Part shown: piece by piece, positions 18,706 to 29,224 of the stretch | Layout of the letters: each line of letters starts with the position of its first letter | Numbering within the stretch: the stretch's first letter is position 1 | NCBI RefSeq assembly: GCF_900155685.1 | Contig: NZ_LT732548.1 | Coordinates: forward strand, 2,050,301-2,114,300 | Length of the DNA: 64,000 nt | Direction: 5' to 3' | Source: Paenibacillus bouchesdurhonensis | Lineage (GTDB): Bacteria > Bacillota > Bacilli > Paenibacillales > Paenibacillaceae | The notes under the pieces: model-generated | What the model saw: the letters and a program-made list of their open reading frames with translations, nothing else | Databases searched by the model: none | Told to the model about the DNA's origin: nothing | Program-made: the position numbers and the translations under genes

Positions 18706-20040
18706 ATGAAGAAACGCAAAGTGATAATGGGGTTAACGGCTTTAACGCTTGTACTGGGGCTGCTCGCAGGCTGCGGAAGTAAAAGTGACGGCGGGGCAAC
18801 CAACGGCGGGACAAGCAGTGAGGGATCAACAAACGGCGGGGGAGTAAAAGGCGAGATTACCGTGATCACGCAAAGAACAGATATTGTGGATACGGTATTT
18901 AAAGAGTACGCCGCTGATTTTAACAAGGAATACCCAGATGTGAAAGTAAAGTTCCAAGCCCTTTCTGATTATGAAGGCCAAATTACGGTTCGGATGAGTT
19001 CCGATGATTATGGAGATGTCCTCCTGCTGCCAACGAGCATTCCACTCGTGGATACACCGCAGTTTTTTGAACCGCTTGGCGATCTGGAGGAGATGAGCAA
19101 GGAATACATCGGCCTGGAAGAGAGAGCCGTTGATGGAATAGCTTACGGAATTCCGACTGCGGTTAACTTTTCCGGTATTTTGTATAACAAGAAGGTGTTT
19201 GAAGACGCTGGAGTGACGACAGCACCTAGAACGCCGGAAGAATTCCTGACAGCGCTGAAAGCGATTAAGGAGAAAGGCGACGCCATTCCACTCTACACGA
19301 ACTATGCTGACGGCTGGCCGTTGACGCAATGGGAGTCGGTGCTTACGACGGTTGCAGGCGATGTGGATTATGTGAACGTAACTCAGCCGAACACCGACGA
19401 TAACTTTGTGCCTGGACAACCGCATTACGAATTATACAAAGTGATGTATGATGCCGCCGAACAAGGTCTGATTGAGAAAGATCCGACGACGACGAACTGG
19501 GAAGCGTCCAAGTCTGATCTTGCTAACGGTAAAATCGGTGCGATGGTGCTAGGTTCCTGGGCGATTGGGCAAGTGCAGGAGATGGCGGCCAATCCGGACG
19601 ACATTGCTTACATGCCGTACCCTACGAATGCTACAGAGGTCATCATGCCATTGGCCGACGACTATACATTAGGCATTAACAAGCATAGCAAGAACAAGGA
19701 AGCTGCCAGAGCATGGATAGACTGGTTTATTAAGGAGTCAGGTTACCCAACTGAGATAGCGGGCGGAATGAGTCCGGTAGTGGGCGCTGCACTTCCAGAA
19801 ACTCTTAAGCAATTCGAGGGCACGGATGTTAAGTTTGAACTGCAGACTCCGGCACAGCCAGGTCAAGAGGGCTGGGTTGACAAGATCGATAAAGATGCGG
19901 AAATCGGTCTATGGCAGCCTGACTTCAAGAAACGGATCATTGAAGCTGCGGTCGGCAATCGTAAAGAATCATTCGATGACATTATGAAAGAACTAAACGA
20001 TGCATGGGTGAAGTCACGGGCAAAAGTAACGCAGCAATAA
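18706..20040 (+). CDS. Sugar ABC transporter substrate-binding lipoprotein (extracellular solute-binding family 1)
   Basis: The signal peptide and lipobox read LTLVLGLLAGCGS. A Gly/Ser/Thr-rich linker follows. The protein is 444 aa. Confidence 0.8.
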   Translation: MKKRKVIMGLTALTLVLGLLAGCGSKSDGGATNGGTSSEGSTNGGGVKGEITVITQRTDIVDTVFKEYAADFNKEYPDVKVKFQALSDYEGQITVRMSSDDYGDVLLLPTSIPLVDTPQFFEPLGDLEEMSKEYIGLEERAVDGIAYGIPTAVNFSGILYNKKVFEDAGVTTAPRTPEEFLTALKAIKEKGDAIPLYTNYADGWPLTQWESVLTTVAGDVDYVNVTQPNTDDNFVPGQPHYELYKVMYDAAEQGLIEKDPTTTNWEASKSDLANGKIGAMVLGSWAIGQVQEMAANPDDIAYMPYPTNATEVIMPLADDYTLGINKHSKNKEAARAWIDWFIKESGYPTEIAGGMSPVVGAALPETLKQFEGTDVKFELQTPAQPGQEGWVDKIDKDAEIGLWQPDFKKRIIEAAVGNRKESFDDIMKELNDAWVKSRAKVTQQ

Positions 20041-20142
20041 GCGATCCGGAAATCTTGCGGGTTGAAACAATAGGGGGAACGCATGAAAGTGCGTTTTCCT
20101 TCACTATCCGAAAAAAGACAGAAGCAAGACCTGGAGGTGTGA

Positions 20143-21021
20143 GTGGTGTTTGCAAACCTAAGCTACAAGACACAAAGACGAATCATAATAATCGCTTTCT
20201 CGCTGATTCCGGTCGTCTTATTATTTACGTTTGCTTATCTCCCTGTATTCAATATGTTCAAATACAGCTTTACGAACTGGAATGGTTATAGTAAAAGCTT
20301 CGATTACGTCGGATTTGAAAACTATAAAACGATTTTTACAAATCCAAAGTATTTTTCCGTCTTCAAGGTCAGTCTCTACTATTTTGGGGCGACCTTCGTA
20401 CAGATGGGATTAGCCCTTTATTTTGCTACCATACTTAGCTTTAATGTACGCTTTAAAAATTTTTTTAAAGGGGTTTTATTTTTCCCTTACTTGCTTAACG
20501 GGGTAGCCATCGGTTTTATATTCCTGGTCTTCTTCCGGCCGGACGGTACGCTGGATACACTGCTTCAGGTTCTGGGACTAGGGCATTTATCGCAAGGGTG
20601 GCTATTGAATCCCAACATTATTAACATTTCGCTCGCAGGAGCGTCTTTGTGGAGGTATATGGGCTTCAACTTTATTATTTTCCTAGGCGCCATATCTTCC
20701 ATCGGCAAAGACATTTACGAGGCCTCCGACATTGACGGGGCCAATCGCTGGCACCAATTCAAGCATATTATTCTGCCCAGTATCAAGCGAATATTGCAGC
20801 TTAACTTAATTTTGGCTATTAGCGGCGCAATCAGCGCATTTGATATTCCATATATCATGACCGGAGGATCTAACGGAAGTAACACCTTTGTTATTCAAAC
20901 GGTCGACGTAGCATTTAAATACAGTAAGCTGGGTCTTGCTTCGGCCATGGCCGTCGTGCTGCTCATTATCGTCATTCTCGTGACACTGCTCCAGCGGTTT
21001 CTGATTAAGGGGGATGATTGA
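20143..21021 (+). CDS. Sugar ABC transporter permease (MalF/UgpA-type)
   Basis: The protein has six transmembrane helices and the EAA-like loop …SDIDGANRWHQFKHIILP…. Confidence 0.8.
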   Translation: MVFANLSYKTQRRIIIIAFSLIPVVLLFTFAYLPVFNMFKYSFTNWNGYSKSFDYVGFENYKTIFTNPKYFSVFKVSLYYFGATFVQMGLALYFATILSFNVRFKNFFKGVLFFPYLLNGVAIGFIFLVFFRPDGTLDTLLQVLGLGHLSQGWLLNPNIINISLAGASLWRYMGFNFIIFLGAISSIGKDIYEASDIDGANRWHQFKHIILPSIKRILQLNLILAISGAISAFDIPYIMTGGSNGSNTFVIQTVDVAFKYSKLGLASAMAVVLLIIVILVTLLQRFLIKGDD

Positions 21022-21856
21022 TATGTACAAATTGAAATATGCAGCAGGCAGTACGTTTAAATACATTACTTTGTTTCTGGGCGCTTTCACGGCGCTATTA
21101 CCGATTATCGTCGTATTCTTCTCATCATTAAAAACAAACGCTGAATATGGTGCGACCAGTCCGCTGGATCCGCCTCAAAATTGGACGTATTTCGCGAACT
21201 ACACGAAGGCGTTTGTCGATGGGAAAATGCTACTTGGCTTTGGCAACACGATCTTTATTTTGATCATATCCATTGCCGGAGCTACGCTGATCGGATCAAT
21301 GATTGCTTATGTACTCAGCCGTTTCAAGTTCCGTGGCAGCAAGCTGCTTATGGGAGCGTTTCTGCTGGCAACTTTAATTCCGAGTGTAACGACACAGGTT
21401 GCAACGTTTAGAATCATTGATGCGTTGGATTTGGTCAATACGCGATTTGCGCCAATTCTCCTTTATTTAGGAACGGACATTATCGCAGTTTATATTTTCT
21501 TGCAATTTTTGGATACCATCTCTGAATCATTGGATGAATCCGCGATGCTGGATGGGGCTTCCTATATTACGATTTTCTTCAAGATCGTATTGCCGCTGCT
21601 GGCCCCTGCGATTGTAACGGTCATTATTGTGAAGGGAGTCAACGTCTATAACGATTTCTATACTCCATTCCTCTATATGCCTGGTGAGAATTTGCAGGTC
21701 ATATCCACTGCTTTGTTTAAGTTTAAAGGGCCTTATGGCTCACAGTGGGAGGTCATATGCGCGGCGATTATGATTACGATCATTCCTATTCTTGTCGTAT
21801 TTCTCGCCTTGCAGAAATATATCTATAACGGTTTTGCGCAAGGTTCTGTGAAATAA
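21014..21856 (+). CDS. Sugar ABC transporter permease (MalG/UgpE-type)
   Basis: It overlaps the previous permease gene. The EAA-like loop reads …ESAMLDGASYITIFFKIVLP…. Confidence 0.8.
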   Translation: MIDMYKLKYAAGSTFKYITLFLGAFTALLPIIVVFFSSLKTNAEYGATSPLDPPQNWTYFANYTKAFVDGKMLLGFGNTIFILIISIAGATLIGSMIAYVLSRFKFRGSKLLMGAFLLATLIPSVTTQVATFRIIDALDLVNTRFAPILLYLGTDIIAVYIFLQFLDTISESLDESAMLDGASYITIFFKIVLPLLAPAIVTVIIVKGVNVYNDFYTPFLYMPGENLQVISTALFKFKGPYGSQWEVICAAIMITIIPILVVFLALQKYIYNGFAQGSVK

Positions 21857-21892
21857 ATAAAATGATTATAGTTTTGGAAGGAGAATTATCTC

Positions 21893-22915
21893 ATGACAGA
21901 GGTACGTATTATTGGAGAGAAATTAACAAACATGCCTTGGCAGGATAAGCCGGAGGGCGCAGTAGGTCCTGTATGGAGACATAGCGATAATCCCGTTATT
22001 CAGAGAAATCCGGCAAAAGGTATCGCTCGTATTTTTAATAGTGCTGTACTGCCCTTTGATGGACGCTTTGTCGGTGTATTCCGTGCAGAAACGATTAACG
22101 GCCGGCCTCATCTTCATCTTGGCTGGAGTGACGACGCATTGAACTGGTCGATCGAAGAAGAGCGCATTAATTTCGTGGATGAGAGCGGCAAGCCGTTTCA
22201 ACCGAACTATGCTTACGACCCGCGTCTCGTAGAGGTGGAAGGGATTTATTACATTATTTGGTGTACGGATTTCTATGGCGCTGCGATTGGCGTAGCGAGA
22301 ACGGATGATTTCAAAACGTTTGTACGCCTTGAAAATCCTTTTCTGCCGTTTAACCGCAATGGTGTGCTTTTCCCGCGTAAAATCAATGGCAACTTCATGA
22401 TGCTCTCTCGTCCGAGTGATAGCGGACATACTCCGTTTGGGGATGTGTTCCTCAGTGAAAGCCCAGATTTCGTCTACTGGGGCAAGCATCGTCATGTGAT
22501 GTCCAAAGGCGGTCAAGGCTGGTGGCAATCGGTGAAAATCGGCGGCGGGCCGGCTCCGATTGAGACGACCGAGGGCTGGCTTATGTTCTATCACGGTGTA
22601 ACCGGCACTTGCAACGGACTCGTATATAGCATGGGAGCGGTTATTCTTGACCGCGATGAACCGTCCAAAGTCAAATATCGTTCCGCTAATTATGTGCTAA
22701 CACCGGAGGAATGGTATGAGGAGCGAGGCTTTGTCAGCAATGTTATTTTCCCTTGTGCCACGCTGCATGACGCTGAAACCGGGCGGATTGCCATTTATTA
22801 TGGTGCGGCAGATACCTATGTGGGCGTAGCGTATACGACGGTACAGGAAATTGTAGATTATGTGATCGCCACGAGTGAAGAAGTCGCTGACGATGCAGAA
22901 ATCGGCGTCATGTAA
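21893..22915 (+). CDS. GH130 mannoside phosphorylase, of the short ~340-aa type such as beta-1,4-mannooligosaccharide phosphorylase
   Basis: The 340-aa protein is cytoplasmic. It is a paralogue of the 13721-14911 gene. Confidence 0.7.
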   Translation: MTEVRIIGEKLTNMPWQDKPEGAVGPVWRHSDNPVIQRNPAKGIARIFNSAVLPFDGRFVGVFRAETINGRPHLHLGWSDDALNWSIEEERINFVDESGKPFQPNYAYDPRLVEVEGIYYIIWCTDFYGAAIGVARTDDFKTFVRLENPFLPFNRNGVLFPRKINGNFMMLSRPSDSGHTPFGDVFLSESPDFVYWGKHRHVMSKGGQGWWQSVKIGGGPAPIETTEGWLMFYHGVTGTCNGLVYSMGAVILDRDEPSKVKYRSANYVLTPEEWYEERGFVSNVIFPCATLHDAETGRIAIYYGAADTYVGVAYTTVQEIVDYVIATSEEVADDAEIGVM

Positions 22916-23043
22916 CTAAATTAAAAATCAAACCCGATCAGGTTCTCGATCATCTAGAGCATTTACAACGAATTAATCAGCAGAGGACGGATTTCTTCTT
23001 ATACATAGATGAGATTCCGTCTTCTCATTTTAGGGGGCATCAC

Positions 23044-24006
23044 ATGATGGGGAATGACATGAGCTTAGTAGAATTGAAGCAATATGGGGGCAAAAGTCCA
23101 AGGCCTGCTGATTTTGACTCTTATTGGGAGCGTGCGCTGCGGGAGCTTGAAGCTCAGCCGCTCGAGTATGAATTGGTTCCCGCCGAATTCACTAGTCCAT
23201 TGGCGGATTGCTATCATCTTTATTTTACCGGGGCAGGCGGGGCGAGGATTCACGCCAAATTTGTTAAACCGAAAAATTTGACTGGCAAGGGGCCGGGCAT
23301 GGCGATGTTCCATGGCTATTCTTGCGATAGCGGCGATTGGTCGGATAAGGTGAATTATGCGGCACATGGCATTACGGTGCTGGCGATGGATTGCCGGGGC
23401 CAGGGGGGCTTGTCCGAAGACAACTTAACGGTAAAGGGGACGACGATCCGCGGACATGTTATTCGGGGGATTGATGACCCGAATCCCGATAAACTGTATT
23501 TTCGCAATGTCTTTCTGGATACGGTACAGACGGCTAGAATTCTTATGAATATGGAGCATATTGATCCTGAACGGATCGGCGTGCATGGCCTCTCGCAGGG
23601 CGGCGCGCTTGCAACGGCATGTGCCGCGCTTGAGCCCAGGGTCAAACTGGCGGTGCCTGTATACCCTTTTCTGGCCGATTACCGCAGAGCATGGGAGCTG
23701 GATATTACGACTTCGGCTTATGAAGAAATTCATTATTACTTCCGCTTCTTTGATCCGCATCATTTGCGCGAGGATGAATTTTTTACGAAGCTTGGCTATA
23801 TCGATATTCAAAATCTTGCTGACAGAATTGAGGCTAAGGTGCTTTTCGTGACGGGGCTTGCAGATACGATCTGTCCGCCGTCCACGCAATTTGCGGTTTA
23901 TAACAAAATTCGTTCTGAGAAGGAACTGCTAGTCTACCACGAATACGGGCATGAGTACTTGCCGTATTTAGGAGATCACACATTGCAGGCGTTTCTGAAT
24001 TTGTAA
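23044..24006 (+). CDS. CE7-family acetyl xylan esterase / cephalosporin-C deacetylase-like esterase
   Basis: The nucleophile elbow is GLSQGG. The N-terminal region matches AXE1 (…YGGKSPRPADFDSYW…). The RBS is AGGGGGC. Confidence 0.75.
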   Translation: MMGNDMSLVELKQYGGKSPRPADFDSYWERALRELEAQPLEYELVPAEFTSPLADCYHLYFTGAGGARIHAKFVKPKNLTGKGPGMAMFHGYSCDSGDWSDKVNYAAHGITVLAMDCRGQGGLSEDNLTVKGTTIRGHVIRGIDDPNPDKLYFRNVFLDTVQTARILMNMEHIDPERIGVHGLSQGGALATACAALEPRVKLAVPVYPFLADYRRAWELDITTSAYEEIHYYFRFFDPHHLREDEFFTKLGYIDIQNLADRIEAKVLFVTGLADTICPPSTQFAVYNKIRSEKELLVYHEYGHEYLPYLGDHTLQAFLNL

Positions 24007-24304
24007 GGGAGTCTTTAACGGCTGAGCTCGAGAAGTCGGATTGGGGTTCGACAGATGGCGAGTTGGTATAGCATGAGGACATGGCTAGGGTTGCGACGAA
24101 GGCGGCTTCTGCCTCTGCGAAAATTGCTGCTACCGTGGGAAGTGTAACGGGATGGATGCAGTGAGTCCTTCATCGGAGGCGGAACGGGGAGCCGCCTCCT
24201 TATCGTCTGGCCGGTTAGTGAGGATGCTGTTGTTTACGCTATGAATTTACGATTATATGAAAGCGGTATCAATTTTTATTACTATTCATATTAGGAGGGT
24301 AACC

Positions 24305-27300
24305 ATGAGGTTATTTCGTTTGAAAGTGCGTCAGGGCTTTATTTCATTAATGATTATTTCTTTGGTTTTCTCGCTTGTTTTGCCAGGATTGGCGACAGCG
24401 GCTTCCTTGCCGGCTGCCGATCCACAAGGGCCTCAGCATTGGGCACAGAAGAGTATCGAGCGCTGGCAATCGAGCGGTATAGTAAAGGGGTATGAGGATG
24501 GATCATTGCGCCCTAATGATTTTGTAACTAGAGCAGAATTAGTCATGATGCTGAATAAGCTAGCCGGATATTACATGAAATCCGATCAGCAGTTCCAAGA
24601 TGTTGCCTTGACAGCTTGGTATGCGGACGCGCTTTCCATTGCTCGACAGGCGGGATACTTCAAAGGTTTTCCTGACAATATGGCAAAGGCCGATGCTGCA
24701 GTAACTAGACAAGATGCTATGACTCTTATAGCTAAAGTATGGCTTGCCGAGTCAGATGGCGGACAGAGTGAGCTTAGTTTTAAGGATCAGCATGAGATTA
24801 AGCCCTATGCAAAGAATGCGGTTCAGGCGCTAAATGGCATTGTTTCCGGTTACCCTGATGGCACGTTTCGTCCAGATCAGCCAATGACTCGGGCTGAAGT
24901 TTTCATCTTATTCGACAAAATGATATCTGCTTACTATGCCGAAGAAGGCAGCTTTGAAGCAGGACATATTCAAGGTAACGCTGTTATCAATCGCAGCAAT
25001 GTGACGTTAAAAAACACGACAGTAGAAGGCAGGCTGTATTTGACAGCTGGTATTGCCGATGGGGATGTCCTATTAGATGAAGTGGCTGTACAAGGCAAGA
25101 CATACATTTCCGGTGGAGGCATTCACTCTATTACGGCACAAGATTCCAACCTCTCTAATGTCACTGTTAACCGTTTGGAAGGCAAGGTACGGCTGCTGGC
25201 TAAAGGAAGTTCAGCTATCCAACATATTCATGTTGACAGCGCTTCCATCATTGAACTGGAAAAGGGAGCTTCTGCGGCGGAAGTCGTCATTAATCAGCCA
25301 TCGACCATTATTATTCATGAAGGAGCTTCGATTAGCAGCCTGTTGATTAGCAAAGATGCGCAAGGAACAGCTATTCAAGTGCAGGGCTCTATTGATCAGT
25401 TGGTTATTCAAGCCAAAGGGGTAACTGTAAATGGGCAGGAAGTAGCTCCTGGATCGTTCACGATTAAAGACGGAGTCATTGTCCCTTCGACTGCTTCATC
25501 AAACCATAACGGATCCGTAAGCTCAGGAGGCAGCAGTGGAGCGCCAGGTCTTCCCCCAAGCGATAATGGAACCGGGAATAATCCTGGCGCTCCGGTCATC
25601 GTGGATCTTGTAGATTCTCAGGCAAGCGCGGCTACACGTTCCCTGTTTGCTTACTTGCAGGACATTCGCGGCAAACAGATCCTGTTCGGTCATCAGCACG
25701 ATACGACCGTATCTTTTGCAAGGACGGACAATAATGAAGTGCTATCCGACGTATATAACGCGGTAGGGGAATATCCGGCCGTGTTCGGCTGGGATACATT
25801 AAGCTTAGAAGGGCGTGAGAATCCGCCCGGAGTGGCCGGGGATTTACAGGCCAGCCGCGAAGGTGTGTCTGCGGCAATGAAGGATGCATATCAGCGCGGA
25901 GGCATAGTTACGCTAAGCACGCATCCGTACAATTTTGTAACCGGCGGTGACTTTAATGATACGAAAGGCTCGGTCGTGCCGCGTATTTTGCCGGGTGGGG
26001 ATAAGAACGAGGAACTCAACGGGTATTTGGATATCATCGCCGAATTCGCCCACGGGTTGAAGGATGATAAGGGTAATTTGATTCCTGTGCTGTTCCGTCC
26101 TTTTCATGAGCAGAATGGAGGGTGGTTCTGGTGGGGGGCACAGACTACCTCGCCAAGCGACTATATTGAGCTGTATAGATACACTGTAGAATATTTAAGG
26201 GATATCAAAGGAGTTCGCAACTTCCTCTATGTATATTCCCCTAACGGAACGTTTGGCGGGCATGAGGCTACTTACTTAGCGACTTATCCAGGTGACGAGT
26301 ATGTGGACGTGCTCGGCATGGATCAATATGACAACAAGCAGAGTCCAGGAACAGAGGGTTTTCTGAACGGATTGGTAAATGATCTCGGCATGATCTCCAA
26401 GCTGGCTGACCGCAAGGGGAAAATAGCTACTCTGTCCGAGTACGGCTACAGCGCGCAGGGGATGCATACAACAGGCAACGCAGATCTGGAATGGTTCACT
26501 AAAGTTTTGAATGCCATTAAAGCAGATCCGGAGGCAAGCCGCATCGCTTATATGCTGACTTGGGCCAATTTCAATTTGAATGGCAATTTATTCGTGCCTT
26601 ATCATAATGCCCCGGGCTTAGGTGATCATGAGCTGCTGGATGATTTTATAGCGTTCTATAACGATCCGTATACAGCATTTGCAGGCGATGTAAAAAATGC
26701 ATACAACCGAAATGTCCAAACCAAGATAAAACAACCGTATATGCATATCGTTGCTCCGACGAATCATAGCTCTATCAAGGAATCCCCGACAACGATCCGC
26801 GCTCGCGTGTTGAATACCGTGCCTTCACAAGTTGCCTATATAATAGAAGGAACTAATATTGAAGTTCCGATGCAGCTTGATGCAGATGGATATTATTCGG
26901 CTGTGTGGTCGCCGGATGCGGCGTTCAATGGCAAGACGGCTGACATTACTGTAAAAGTATACACAGTGGGCGATGCTGTTCTCGAACAGACGGTGACTGC
27001 GTTTGTTAAAGTAAACGAAATTTTGATGAAAGAGTACACATTTGAGCTTGCTGCAGAGGCTGATAGTATTCAGAACAACGGTACTTGGTCCGGACTAAAC
27101 AATAATGACCAGTCGATTGAGCTAAAGCTGGAGCACGCTCAATTGGACGGGAACGGCAAGCTTCGGTTGAACGTGACTGGCTTGGAGGAGGGCGACTCGT
27201 GGCAGGAGCTGAAGCTGGAACTGAGCGATATCGCGTCACAAGTGTCCTTGCAGGCCGTCAGCCGGGTGCAGTTTGAGGCGCTGGTGCCGTTGGACGCCGG

Positions 27301-29080
27301 GGCAGCAGGGACGTTAAGAAGCGTCGTGCAGCTGCCGCCGGATTGGGATACAAAATACGGAATGACAACGACCGAACAGCAGCTTAGCGATTTGGAGGTC
27401 GTCACGGCAGAAGGGCAGGCTTATGGCCGTTATCACGTCCAAATCGATCTGAACAATCCGCAGAAATCAGCTGAAGCAACAGGACTTGCCATCTCGCTGG
27501 TCGGAAGTGCTCTGAATGGCGATCAATCTATTTTTATAGATAATCTGCGGCTTTATAGTGTATATGTGGAGGCGGAGACTGATCCGGCGCTCATTGATGA
27601 CTTCGAATCCTACCAGGGCAGCAATGAGTTGTTGAGTCAGAAATTTATCTCTGCTGGAGATGCCACAAACGTGTCACTTACTGCAAGCCATAAGAGTGGC
27701 GGAAGCTATGCCATGAAATTTGAATATACGCTGGCTGGCAGCGGCTATGCCGGAAGAATAAAGAATCTAGGGCGCGATTGGTCTGATTATAATAAATTGA
27801 AGTTCTGGATGGTGCCGGATGGCAGCAACCAAGATCTAACTATTCAGTTGAAGGTGGACGGTGTGTATTTTGAGGCTTATCCTTCCCTGGCTTCTACGCA
27901 GGGGGAATGGGTTGAAATTCATTTTAATGAATTCGAAGTCGTTCATTGGGATACACCTAATTTAGGCAAGAAGCTGAATAAAATATCTCTGCAGAATGTT
28001 GAGCATTTTGCAATTTACGTGAATGCCGTAAACGGGGTTACGCTTACCAGCACGCTGTATTTCGACGATATTAAAGCCATAGATGACGGAACCGGAGGTG
28101 TTCCTAATGGGGGATCTGGACCTGGAAGCACGCCGGAGAAGGCCGGAATTCTCTATGACTTTGAGGAGGATGCAGGCGGTTGGGTTGTGGAGAGCAATAA
28201 CGCGAATGCCGCATTCCCGGTAATTTCAGCGGACGAGGCTGCTAGCGGCTCGCACTCGTTAAGTTCGAATTTCTCTTTGACTGGAACGGATTTTGAGCTG
28301 GCGAAGAACGCTCCGCTGGACTTGTCTGCTGTGGATACTCTTCAGGCGAAGGTGAAGCTGTCAGCGGGCGCTTCTGCCAAAGCGCGTCTTTATGTGAAGA
28401 CAGGCACGGCGTATGAATGGTTCGACAGCGGCGCTCCGATTCAAGTGGGGGCGGATAGCTTCGTTACGTTGAGCATGGATTTATCGACGGTGTCCAATCG
28501 GCATGCGGTGGTGGCCGTTGGCATAAAAATTGAAGATATCGCGGGCGCTGGCGGGACGGCAACGGTCTATTTGGATGAAGTCTCATTACTTGGCGGCCAA
28601 ATAGTCCCTGAGTTTTATTATGGATTTGAGAGCTCGGAGGAAGGCTGGGCGATCAATAATGACGCTAACGGAAGCTACAATACGGCGTTAGCCGGCCAAG
28701 TGTCCGTGACAGATGCTGCCTATTCAGAGGGAGCCAAATCATTGAAGGCTGACTTCGTATTGAACGGAGGACAGTTCCAGCTTCGCAGCATGGATTCGGT
28801 CGATCTAAGCTCCTTCACCAAATTAAGTGCGGATCTGAAGCTGGGAACTCTTGCTCCTGGTGTCACTGCGGAGCTGTTCATCCAGACGGGTTCGGGCTGG
28901 GAGTGGGCAGCGACTAATCCGATCGGGCTGAATGGCACCGATTTCGTTACATTGACGCTTGATCTCAATGCGATTGCAGCCCGGAATCAGGTGATGGCTA
29001 TCGGTGTGCAAATTATGACCCCGGCAGATGGGGCAGGAAGCCCTGTGGTGATCTATTTGGATCATGTCCGTGCAGAATGA
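24305..29080 (+). CDS. Large S-layer-anchored multidomain GH26 beta-mannanase
   Basis: The ATG at 24305 follows a GGAGGG RBS. The protein has a signal peptide, three N-terminal SLH repeats, a beta-helix-like region, a catalytic core (…FRPFHEQNGGWFWWG…LSEYGY…), several CBM/Ig-like modules and a tandem ~145-aa C-terminal repeat. Confidence 0.7.
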   Translation: MRLFRLKVRQGFISLMIISLVFSLVLPGLATAASLPAADPQGPQHWAQKSIERWQSSGIVKGYEDGSLRPNDFVTRAELVMMLNKLAGYYMKSDQQFQDVALTAWYADALSIARQAGYFKGFPDNMAKADAAVTRQDAMTLIAKVWLAESDGGQSELSFKDQHEIKPYAKNAVQALNGIVSGYPDGTFRPDQPMTRAEVFILFDKMISAYYAEEGSFEAGHIQGNAVINRSNVTLKNTTVEGRLYLTAGIADGDVLLDEVAVQGKTYISGGGIHSITAQDSNLSNVTVNRLEGKVRLLAKGSSAIQHIHVDSASIIELEKGASAAEVVINQPSTIIIHEGASISSLLISKDAQGTAIQVQGSIDQLVIQAKGVTVNGQEVAPGSFTIKDGVIVPSTASSNHNGSVSSGGSSGAPGLPPSDNGTGNNPGAPVIVDLVDSQASAATRSLFAYLQDIRGKQILFGHQHDTTVSFARTDNNEVLSDVYNAVGEYPAVFGWDTLSLEGRENPPGVAGDLQASREGVSAAMKDAYQRGGIVTLSTHPYNFVTGGDFNDTKGSVVPRILPGGDKNEELNGYLDIIAEFAHGLKDDKGNLIPVLFRPFHEQNGGWFWWGAQTTSPSDYIELYRYTVEYLRDIKGVRNFLYVYSPNGTFGGHEATYLATYPGDEYVDVLGMDQYDNKQSPGTEGFLNGLVNDLGMISKLADRKGKIATLSEYGYSAQGMHTTGNADLEWFTKVLNAIKADPEASRIAYMLTWANFNLNGNLFVPYHNAPGLGDHELLDDFIAFYNDPYTAFAGDVKNAYNRNVQTKIKQPYMHIVAPTNHSSIKESPTTIRARVLNTVPSQVAYIIEGTNIEVPMQLDADGYYSAVWSPDAAFNGKTADITVKVYTVGDAVLEQTVTAFVKVNEILMKEYTFELAAEADSIQNNGTWSGLNNNDQSIELKLEHAQLDGNGKLRLNVTGLEEGDSWQELKLELSDIASQVSLQAVSRVQFEALVPLDAGAAGTLRSVVQLPPDWDTKYGMTTTEQQLSDLEVVTAEGQAYGRYHVQIDLNNPQKSAEATGLAISLVGSALNGDQSIFIDNLRLYSVYVEAETDPALIDDFESYQGSNELLSQKFISAGDATNVSLTASHKSGGSYAMKFEYTLAGSGYAGRIKNLGRDWSDYNKLKFWMVPDGSNQDLTIQLKVDGVYFEAYPSLASTQGEWVEIHFNEFEVVHWDTPNLGKKLNKISLQNVEHFAIYVNAVNGVTLTSTLYFDDIKAIDDGTGGVPNGGSGPGSTPEKAGILYDFEEDAGGWVVESNNANAAFPVISADEAASGSHSLSSNFSLTGTDFELAKNAPLDLSAVDTLQAKVKLSAGASAKARLYVKTGTAYEWFDSGAPIQVGADSFVTLSMDLSTVSNRHAVVAVGIKIEDIAGAGGTATVYLDEVSLLGGQIVPEFYYGFESSEEGWAINNDANGSYNTALAGQVSVTDAAYSEGAKSLKADFVLNGGQFQLRSMDSVDLSSFTKLSADLKLGTLAPGVTAELFIQTGSGWEWAATNPIGLNGTDFVTLTLDLNAIAARNQVMAIGVQIMTPADGAGSPVVIYLDHVRAE

Positions 29081-29182
29081 TAGCCAAGCAATCATGTGTG
29101 CCGTGCATAGGCGAATATACGGGTAGCGCATGTGCGTTTCGGTCATATTCTCTGGCACCAGGTAAGATATAGTGCGAAAGAG

Positions 29183-29224
29183 CCCCGATATCAGGTCAAG
29201 GATCCTGGTATCGGGGATTCTTTA
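29183..29224 (+). terminator. Intrinsic terminator after the mannanase gene
   Basis: The long stem is ccccgatatcagg…cctggtatcgggg, followed by attcttt. Confidence 0.55.

Noticed and set aside
21923-22594. 223-aa ORF antisense to the short GH130 gene
   Set aside because: The sense ORF has full-length GH130 similarity and a good RBS. The antisense ORF has no start context.
24175-24198. GC-rich stem-loop (ggaggcgg…ccgcctcc) 170 nt downstream of the esterase gene as a terminator
   Set aside because: It is not followed by a U-tract and is far from the stop codon. It may be a structured element but cannot be called a terminator.
24257-24304. Upstream extension of the mannanase ORF (start at 24257)
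   Set aside because: The ATG at 24305 is preceded by a GGAGGG RBS and begins a canonical signal peptide (MRLFRLK…). The upstream 16 codons would place charged residues before the signal peptide.
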